Part shown: piece by piece, positions 29,219 to 35,330 of the stretch | Position numbering within the stretch: the stretch's first letter is position 1 | How the letters are laid out: every line of letters begins with the position of its first letter | NCBI GenBank assembly: GCA_025450725.1 | Contig: JANWLQ010000195.1 | Span: forward strand, 1-37,126 | From: Terriglobales bacterium | GTDB taxonomy: Bacteria > Acidobacteriota > Terriglobia > Terriglobales > SCQP01 | Reading direction: 5' to 3' | Length of the DNA stretch: 37,126 nt | The notes under the pieces: generated by a model | The model's input: the letters and a program-made list of their open reading frames with translations, nothing else | Database searches by the model: none | What the model was told of the DNA's origin: nothing | Position numbers and translations under genes: made by a program

Positions 29219-29341
29219 CCAATGCCCAAAGCGGCATTGGGGGCTCCGGGTTTCCCACACCAATGCCCAATGCGGCATTGGGGGCCCCGGGTTTCCCACC
29301 CCAATGCCCAATGCGGCATTGGGGGCCCCGGGTTTCGCAGA
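29219..29341. repeat. Three direct tandem copies of a 41-bp unit, each with an internal 8-10 bp hairpin
   Basis: Units start at 29219, 29260 and 29301. U1 and U2 match at 38/41 positions. U2 and U3 are identical for 36 nt and then diverge. Each unit is CCAATGCC-N6-GGCATTGG followed by GGGCCCCGGGTTTCCCAC. Confidence 0.9.
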
Positions 29342-29416
29342 CCTGGCGCTGCAGTCTCGCATCGCTCAGTAAGCCACCCTTCGGATACGACTCGAGCCCT
29401 GCCGCCAGAGGCTGTT

Positions 29417-30157
29417 TTAGCCGCGATTGATGGTGGCGGCGACGAAGCCGGCCCCGAAGCCATTGTCAATATTGACCACGCTGACGTTCGAGGCGCAGGA
29501 GTTGAGCATGCCAAGCAGCGCCGTGAGACCGCCAAAGCTCGCTCCGTAGCCGACACTGGTGGGCACGGCGATCACTGGAGCATCCACCAAGCCGCCGACC
29601 ACGCTGGGGAGGGCGCCCTCCATGCCCGCGGCCACGATGACGACGCGGGCGGAGCGCAGGCGCTCACGCTCAGCGAGCAGGCGGTGCAGGCCGGCGACGC
29701 CGCAGTCATAAAGTGTCTCGACCGGACCGCCGAGCATGTCCACCGTGAGTGCGGCCTCGTCGGCGACGGGGATGTCGCTGGTGCCTGCCGAGATCACCAG
29801 CACGATTCCCTTGCCGGCGGGGGGCGGCTCGCGCCGCAGGGTGATGGCGCGGCAACTCGCGTGCCAGACGGCCCCTGGCAAGGCTTCCAGCACCGCCTGA
29901 TAGATGTCTTCCGCGGCGCGCGTAATGAGCACAGTGGGGGCGCGCGCGGCGAGCGCAAGGGCAATGGCGGCGACCTGGTGCGGGGTTTTTCCCTGGCCCA
30001 GAATTACCTCGGTCGCGCCCTGGCGGAGGGCGCGGGCGTGGTCCACACGGGCAAAGCCCAAGTCTTCGAAGCCGCGCAGTTCGTCGGCCGCGGCGTGGGG
30101 CGCGAGGGCGCCGGCGGCCACGCGCTCCAGCAATCGGTTCAAGCTGCTCTCGTCCAT
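29417..30157 (-). CDS. larB: LarB-type PurE-like protein (nickel-pincer cofactor biosynthesis, pyridinium-3,5-biscarboxylic acid mononucleotide synthase; COG1691)
   Basis: 246 aa. N-terminal helical region followed by the AIR-carboxylase fold: VLVISAGTSDIPVADEA, AAGMEGALPSVVGGL, and VPTSVGYG. Confidence 0.8.
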   Translation of the reverse strand: MDESSLNRLLERVAAGALAPHAAADELRGFEDLGFARVDHARALRQGATEVILGQGKTPHQVAAIALALAARAPTVLITRAAEDIYQAVLEALPGAVWHASCRAITLRREPPPAGKGIVLVISAGTSDIPVADEAALTVDMLGGPVETLYDCGVAGLHRLLAERERLRSARVVIVAAGMEGALPSVVGGLVDAPVIAVPTSVGYGASFGGLTALLGMLNSCASNVSVVNIDNGFGAGFVAATINRG

Positions 30158-30171
30158 AAATAGCCTGTCCC

Positions 30172-30180
30172 TGTTATGCT
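30172..30180 (+). promoter_or_regulatory. Candidate extended -10 (TGtTATGCT) 6 nt upstream of the nfeD ATG
   Basis: TGT at 30172-30174, TATGCT at 30175-30180, then ACCCCC, then ATG at 30187. There is no Shine-Dalgarno site, and the spacer to divergent larB is only 29 bp. Confidence 0.3.
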
Positions 30181-30186
30181 ACCCCC

Positions 30187-30603
30187 ATGTCTGCTGACGC
30201 TTACGCCCTGATCTGGATCGTCCTGGCGCTACTCGCCATTGTGGCCGAGTTGCATTCGCGGACGATTTACCTGCTGGCCCTGGCGGCGGCGCTCGGTGTG
30301 GCGGCGGGTATGGGCTTCGCCCAGGCCGCGCTTGGATCGCAGTTGCTGGCGCTGGCGCTGGTGTGCCTGGCCGGCTTTCCGGTCGCCGCCTGGGTGCGCC
30401 GTCACCAGGAGCGCGGCGTCGAACTGGCCTCGGCCGATATCGGGCAGGAGGTGCGCGTAGTGGCGGAAACGCCGTCCGGCCTGCGCGTTTTTTACCGCGG
30501 CTCGGTGTGGGATGCCATCTACACCGGCCCGGCCGCAACCGTCGGCGACCACCTGCGCATTGCCGCGCTGCGCGGCAGCGTGCTTGAGCTCGCGCCCAAG
30601 TGA
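30187..30603 (+). CDS. NfeD-family membrane protein
   Basis: 138 aa. Two or three N-terminal TM helices, then a C-terminal OB-like region GQEVRVVAETPSGLRVFYRGSVWDAIY. It sits immediately upstream of an SPFH gene, the canonical arrangement. Confidence 0.75.
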   Translation: MSADAYALIWIVLALLAIVAELHSRTIYLLALAAALGVAAGMGFAQAALGSQLLALALVCLAGFPVAAWVRRHQERGVELASADIGQEVRVVAETPSGLRVFYRGSVWDAIYTGPAATVGDHLRIAALRGSVLELAPK

Positions 30604-30636
30604 CCGCGCGCCTGTCCTAAGAGAAGGAAATTTTTC

Positions 30637-31584
30637 ATGCCTATTTCCGCCATCGTCGCGATTGCCATTGTTCTGGTGCTGGTCATCATCGGCGCCAAAG
30701 CCATCCAGATTGTTCCGCAGCAGAGCGCGTGGGTGCTCGAGCGGCTGGGCCGTTATCACGCCACCCTGCCGGCGGGCCTGAACATCATTACCCCGTTCAT
30801 AGACCACATCGCCTACAAGCACAACCTGCGCGAGTTCCCGCTGACCGCCTCGCCCCAGGTCTGCATCACGCGCGACAACACCCAAGTCACGGTGGACGGC
30901 ATCCTCTACTACCAAATCATGGACCCGAAGCTGGCCAGCTACGGCAGCAGCAACTACCAGCTGGCGATCACCCAGCTCGCGCAAACCACGCTGCGCAGCG
31001 CCATCGGAACGATGGATCTCGACCAGGTGTTGAGCTCGCGCGCCACGATCAATGCCGAAGTCGTGCAGGCGCTGGACGAGGCCGGGGTGACGTGGGGCGT
31101 CAAGGTGCTGCGCTACGAGATCCGCGACATCACCCCGCCGGACGCCATCGTGAAGGCGATGGAGATGCAGATCACCGCCGAGCGGGGCAAGCGGGCGATC
31201 ATCGCCAAGTCGGAGGGCGACCGCACCCAACAGATCAATAATGCCGAAGGCGAGCGGCAATCGCAGATCAACCGCAGCGAGGGGGAGCAGCAGGCCTCGA
31301 TCAATGTGGCGTCCGGACAAGCGCAGGCGATCGAGTTGGTGGCGCGCGCCACGGCCAACGCCATCCAGATGATCGCCGAGAGCGTGACCAAGCCGGGCGG
31401 CAACCAGGCGCTGCAGCTGCAGGTGGCAAAGGAGTTTGTGGCCCAGTTCGGCAATATTGCCAAGGCGGGCACGACCATCCTGATGCCGGCGAACGTGGCC
31501 GATATCGGCAGCCTGGTCGAGACCGCGCTGCAAATCATCAAGAGCGATGCCAAGGCGGCTAGCGCCGGGGCGGCTGGTTCCTAG
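30637..31584 (+). CDS. SPFH/band-7 (stomatin/slipin-like) protein
   Basis: N-terminal TM helix, then IVPQQSAWVLERLGRYHATLPAGLNIITPFID, ILYYQIMDP, and an A/E/Q-rich coiled coil (EGERQSQINRSEGEQQA). Confidence 0.9.
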   Translation: MPISAIVAIAIVLVLVIIGAKAIQIVPQQSAWVLERLGRYHATLPAGLNIITPFIDHIAYKHNLREFPLTASPQVCITRDNTQVTVDGILYYQIMDPKLASYGSSNYQLAITQLAQTTLRSAIGTMDLDQVLSSRATINAEVVQALDEAGVTWGVKVLRYEIRDITPPDAIVKAMEMQITAERGKRAIIAKSEGDRTQQINNAEGERQSQINRSEGEQQASINVASGQAQAIELVARATANAIQMIAESVTKPGGNQALQLQVAKEFVAQFGNIAKAGTTILMPANVADIGSLVETALQIIKSDAKAASAGAAGS

Positions 31585-31588
31585 TCGC

Positions 31589-32179
31589 ATGACAATTACG
31601 CTCGCCATCACCGGCGCGAGTGGCGCCGTTCTCGCCCGCGCGGCGCTCGAGCGCCTGGAGCGCGACGCGCGGGTCGAGCACGTTGATCTCGTGGCCTCGC
31701 CCCACGGCATGCGCGTGGCACGCGAGGAACTGGCGCTCGCCGAAGGCACGCTCGAGCAATTTGCGGCGCGGCTGCTGGGCCATGCCGCGGCCAAGACCCA
31801 GGTCCACGACGACCGTAACATCGGCGCGAACATTGCCAGCGGCAGCTACCGCTCGCAGGCCATGATCGTGGTTCCCTGCTCCATGGGGACGCTGGCGGCG
31901 ATCACGCATGGCCACGCCGACAGCCTGATCGAGCGCGCGGCCGACGTGGCGCTGAAGGAGAAGCGGCGTCTGCTGCTCGCCGTGCGCGAGTCTCCGTTCA
32001 ACCGCATCCATTTGCGCAACATGCTCGCCGCCGACGAGGCCGGCGCGACCCTGTTTCCGGTGATGCCGGCTTTTTACGATCAATCGGCGACGGTAGGGGC
32101 CATGGCCGACCAGTTCGCCGCCCGGCTGCTGGAGCATTGTGGGCTGCCGCAGGCGGATGGCTTCCAATGGCAGGGGTAA
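31589..32179 (+). CDS. ubiX: Flavin prenyltransferase UbiX
   Basis: Taken from the ATG at 31589 (MTITLAITGASGA). MIVVPCSMGTLAAITHGHADSLIERAADVALKEKRRLLL..RESP. The track start at 31547 overlaps the SPFH gene. Confidence 0.9.
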   Translation: MTITLAITGASGAVLARAALERLERDARVEHVDLVASPHGMRVAREELALAEGTLEQFAARLLGHAAAKTQVHDDRNIGANIASGSYRSQAMIVVPCSMGTLAAITHGHADSLIERAADVALKEKRRLLLAVRESPFNRIHLRNMLAADEAGATLFPVMPAFYDQSATVGAMADQFAARLLEHCGLPQADGFQWQG

Positions 32180-32194
32180 GATAGGTAGGTCAAG

Positions 32195-32638
32195 ATGGAT
32201 ACGTCGCCAGAGGCACGGCCAGCACAATCACAACCCACAGTGACTGTTTTTCTCATGATTCTGATCGCGGTTGGCATGGAAGTGGTCGGCCAACTTCTGT
32301 ACAAGTCCGGCATTAATCGCATGTCGAGCTTCGAGGGCTCGCCGTTTGCCGTAGTGCCGCTGCTGAAGTTCGCCTGGGCGGCATTGTCGAATTGGCGTGT
32401 GTTGGCCGGCATTGGGGTCTACTGCCTGCAGGCGGGGGTATGGTGGGGGGTGCTTTCGCGCGCCGATCTGAGCTATGCCTTCCCGCTGACCAGCATGAGT
32501 TATGTGTTGCTGCTAATGGCCAGTCGCTGGTTTCTGGGCGAGCACATATCGCTCACCCGCTGGCTCGGCGCGCTGGCGGTGGTGTTCGGCGTGTACCTGA
32601 TTACCCGCTCCGCGCCGATCGTGCGGCAGGTGCGGTAG
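32195..32638 (+). CDS. Small EamA/DMT-superfamily membrane protein (half-size, ArnE/SMR-like)
   Basis: 147 aa with about 4 TM helices. The ending GEHISLTRWLGALAVVFGVYLI is typical of EamA-domain termini. The start is uncertain. Confidence 0.6.
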   Translation: MDTSPEARPAQSQPTVTVFLMILIAVGMEVVGQLLYKSGINRMSSFEGSPFAVVPLLKFAWAALSNWRVLAGIGVYCLQAGVWWGVLSRADLSYAFPLTSMSYVLLLMASRWFLGEHISLTRWLGALAVVFGVYLITRSAPIVRQVR

Positions 32639-32661
32639 CGCCTGTTGATTGGCGCGGGCTC

Positions 32662-32680
32662 GGGCGGCCAAGGGCCGCCC
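32662..32680. terminator. GC hairpin in a convergent intergenic region, with no T-tract
   Basis: GGGCGGCC-AAG-GGCCGCCC, a perfect 8-bp stem, lying between the EamA gene (+) and the ADOP permease (-). Confidence 0.35.
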
Positions 32681-32713
32681 TCAGCCCGCTTCCCTTGGGC
32701 CCCGCCGCTGCAC

Positions 32714-35236
32714 CTAGAGGGTTTTCAGCACCTGCAGCGGATCCACCTGGCGGGCGCGCCGCGCGGGCAGGTAGGAGGCAAGCGCGGCAAAAGCCACGAG
32801 CAGCGCGAAAGCGCCAGCGAGCGTTGCGGGATCGTCGGGCGGTACTTGGTACAAGAGCGCAGCCATGAGGCGTCCTCCGGCGAGCGCCACGACAATGCCC
32901 ATGGCTCCGCCCCATGCCGCGAGGCCGATTCCCTGCCCGAGGACCATGCCGGTCAGCCGATGGGGGGCGGCGCCCAGCGCCAGGCGGATGCCCAACTCGT
33001 GCCGGCGCTCGGCGACGGCGAACGAAATTACCCCGTACACGCCGATTACGGCCAATAGCAGCGCCATCAAGGCGAAGATGGCCATCAGCGCCAACACGCG
33101 GCGGCGGGCGGAGAGCGCGACGTCGAGCCGCGCCTGCATGGACAGAATGTCGTCCACAGGCTGGTCGGGGTCAATCGCCTGAATCTGGGCCAGCGCCGCG
33201 GCGCGCACTCCTGCCACCGGTGCGCCCGAACGCACCACGAAAAACAGGGCGGCGGTGTTGGAGTCAGACTGGGCCTGCGGAATGTAAATCTGCGCGCCGG
33301 TGGAGGTAGCCAGCTTGGTGTAGTCGACCACGTTGTCAACCACACCGACAATGGTGCGCACGCGATCGGTTTCGATCTGCTCGCCAAGGCCGGCGAAGCG
33401 GCGGGCGAAGTTGCGATCCACCACGGCGACGGCGGGTGCGGCTGCGGTGTCGCGCTGGTTGAAAGCCCGCCCGGCGATCAAACGAATGCCCATGGCATCG
33501 AAGTACCGGCCGCGCACAGTGGCGATGTCGGCTGAGGGTGGTTGATGGGCGGCTGGCTGGGCGCGCCCCAGCACGCGAAACGATTGCTGCCAGTTGCCCA
33601 CCGCCAGCGGCAGCGGATAGGCTCCGCCGACGGCGGTGACGCCGGGAAGAGCGGCGAGCCGGGTCGTGGCCTGGTCAAAAAAGGCAAGCTGCGCGGCGCG
33701 GGTTGAATAACGCACGTCGGCGAGGCCGGTGACGAAGCTGAGCCGGTCCTGGGTTTGAAAGCCGATGTCACCTGAAACCAGGTGCGACAGACTGCGCAAC
33801 AGCAATCCGGTGCCGACGATGAGCAGCAGCGCGAGCGCCATCTCGGCGACGATCAGCAGCGAGCGCAAGCGCCGCTGGGCCGGCGGCGCGGCGGAGGAGC
33901 GGATGACCGGGGCCGGAAGTGTCGCCGACGCGGCGCCGCAGACCAGGCTGCAGACGATTCCCAAGCCGGCGGCCAGGGCGCAGGTCGAAGCGCCGAGACC
34001 GAGCGGCGCGGCGCCGAGGCGCGGCAGCATGAGCGAGCCGAGCCGGGGCGCGAAGCGCAACAGCACCGAGGCAAGCGTCAGCCCCAGGCCGGCGCCGGCG
34101 AGGCCGAGAAGCATGCTTTCGACAAGCTGCGCCGTCCATAGCCGCGCCCGGCTGGCGCCCAAAACGGCGCGCAGAGCGAATTCGTTGGCGCGGGTCACAC
34201 CGCGCGCCAGCATCAGGTTGGCGACATTGCCGCAGGCGATGATCAACAGCAGGCCGACGGCAAGCTGCAGCAACAGGAGCGACGATTGCGCATCGCCCAC
34301 CAGCAGGTCGAGGTACGGCTGCAGCGCGACACGATTGCCGGCATCGGTTGCCGGGTATTGCCGCGCCAGCCGCTCGGCCACTGCATCGAGTTCGGTCCGC
34401 GCCTGAAGCAGCGTAACGCCGGGGCGGAGGCGGGCCAGGCCGAGCAAGCCGGCGTGATTGCCGCGGCGCGTAAAACTGGCGTCCTGGGCCGCAAAGGCGC
34501 CGAGCGGGGTATAGAACTGGCCCTCGTCTTCCGGCGCGGCGAGGCCGGGAAAGCCCGCGGGCATAACGCCAATCACGGTGCGGGCGCGCCCGTCGAGATC
34601 GAGCGTGCGGCCCAGCCAGTGAGGGTCGCCGCCCAGGCGACGCTCAAAAAAGTTATGGGTGAGCACGACGACATCGGGCGCGCCGGGGCCATCCTCGGCC
34701 GGCGTAAAGGCGCGCCCAAGGGTGGGCGCAACGCCCAGCATGGCAAAGTAATTGGCGGTGACGCGGGTGCCGCGCACCATGGTGGCCGCGCCGTCGAGAT
34801 GAGCGAGGATCATGTCGGAGCCGCGCGTCGCGGCGAACGCGCTGAAGGCGTGCGTACCGTCGCGCAAATCCACGTAATCGGGCCAGGACAGCGACATTAA
34901 GGGAAAACTATTGCTGGTTTCAAGCAGCGCGACGAGCTGCCGGGGCGCACGGTAGGGCAGCGGGCGGAGCAGCACCGCATTGACCAGCGTAAACATGGCG
35001 GTTGCGGCGCCAATGGCGAGACCGAGCGTAACGATGACCAGCAGCGAAAACGACGCGCGGCGGCGCAGGCCGCGCAGGATGGCGCGCAGCTCACCCCAGG
35101 CGCCGGCAAAGCGCGGGCCGGGCGGGAACTGGGCCAACTCGGCGAGAGCGGCGGCGCGGGCCTCGTCGGGCGAGACGCCCCGTGCCAGCGCCTCGGACTC
35201 CAACTGTTCGCCGTGCTGCGCTAACTCCTCGTCCAT
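32714..35236 (-). CDS. ADOP-family duplicated orphan ABC permease (two MacB-PCD/FtsX halves) with an N-terminal prefix helix
   Basis: 840 aa. LRGLRRRASFSLLVIVTLGLAIGAATAMFTLVNAVLLRPLPY, two FtsX-type 4-TM modules, and prefix GEQLESEALARGVSPDEARAAAL. No ATPase gene is adjacent. Confidence 0.85.
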   Translation of the reverse strand: MDEELAQHGEQLESEALARGVSPDEARAAALAELAQFPPGPRFAGAWGELRAILRGLRRRASFSLLVIVTLGLAIGAATAMFTLVNAVLLRPLPYRAPRQLVALLETSNSFPLMSLSWPDYVDLRDGTHAFSAFAATRGSDMILAHLDGAATMVRGTRVTANYFAMLGVAPTLGRAFTPAEDGPGAPDVVVLTHNFFERRLGGDPHWLGRTLDLDGRARTVIGVMPAGFPGLAAPEDEGQFYTPLGAFAAQDASFTRRGNHAGLLGLARLRPGVTLLQARTELDAVAERLARQYPATDAGNRVALQPYLDLLVGDAQSSLLLLQLAVGLLLIIACGNVANLMLARGVTRANEFALRAVLGASRARLWTAQLVESMLLGLAGAGLGLTLASVLLRFAPRLGSLMLPRLGAAPLGLGASTCALAAGLGIVCSLVCGAASATLPAPVIRSSAAPPAQRRLRSLLIVAEMALALLLIVGTGLLLRSLSHLVSGDIGFQTQDRLSFVTGLADVRYSTRAAQLAFFDQATTRLAALPGVTAVGGAYPLPLAVGNWQQSFRVLGRAQPAAHQPPSADIATVRGRYFDAMGIRLIAGRAFNQRDTAAAPAVAVVDRNFARRFAGLGEQIETDRVRTIVGVVDNVVDYTKLATSTGAQIYIPQAQSDSNTAALFFVVRSGAPVAGVRAAALAQIQAIDPDQPVDDILSMQARLDVALSARRRVLALMAIFALMALLLAVIGVYGVISFAVAERRHELGIRLALGAAPHRLTGMVLGQGIGLAAWGGAMGIVVALAGGRLMAALLYQVPPDDPATLAGAFALLVAFAALASYLPARRARQVDPLQVLKTL

Positions 35237-35244
35237 ATATGGAC

Positions 35245-35273
35245 ATCATACATATGGAGGAGGCATCGTGCAA
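35245..35273 (-). promoter_or_regulatory. Candidate sigma-70-type promoter of the ADOP permease gene, predicting a leaderless mRNA
   Basis: The minus strand reads TTGCAC (complement of 35268-35273), a 17-nt spacer, TATGAT (complement of 35245-35250), 8 nt, then ATG at 35236. There is no Shine-Dalgarno site, and an in-frame TGA lies 12 nt upstream of the ATG. Confidence 0.45.
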
Positions 35274-35330
35274 CCCGGCCTGCTTCCCTTGGGCCGCCCA
35301 ACTGCGTCCGGGAGGCGCTGACCGAGCCGT

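Noticed and set aside
29219-29341. Possible mini-CRISPR array
   Set aside because: The repeats are directly abutting with no spacers, there are only three units, and no cas genes are present in the window.
29177-29416. Possible tRNA or other structured RNA gene in the 312-bp HU/larB spacer
   Set aside because: I could not fold a cloverleaf and found no T-loop GTTCRANYC-like box. Only the hairpin repeats and a GGGGCG...CGCCCC stem are visible. Covariance-model tools could still be run on this region.
28888-29556. Minus-strand ORFs crossing the HU terminator and the tandem repeats, giving reiterated GAPNAALGIGVG peptide blocks
   Set aside because: The peptide periodicity simply reflects the 41-bp DNA repeat. 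The period is not a multiple of 3, so the repeat shifts frame in each copy. These ORFs also run through a strong terminator and into larB.
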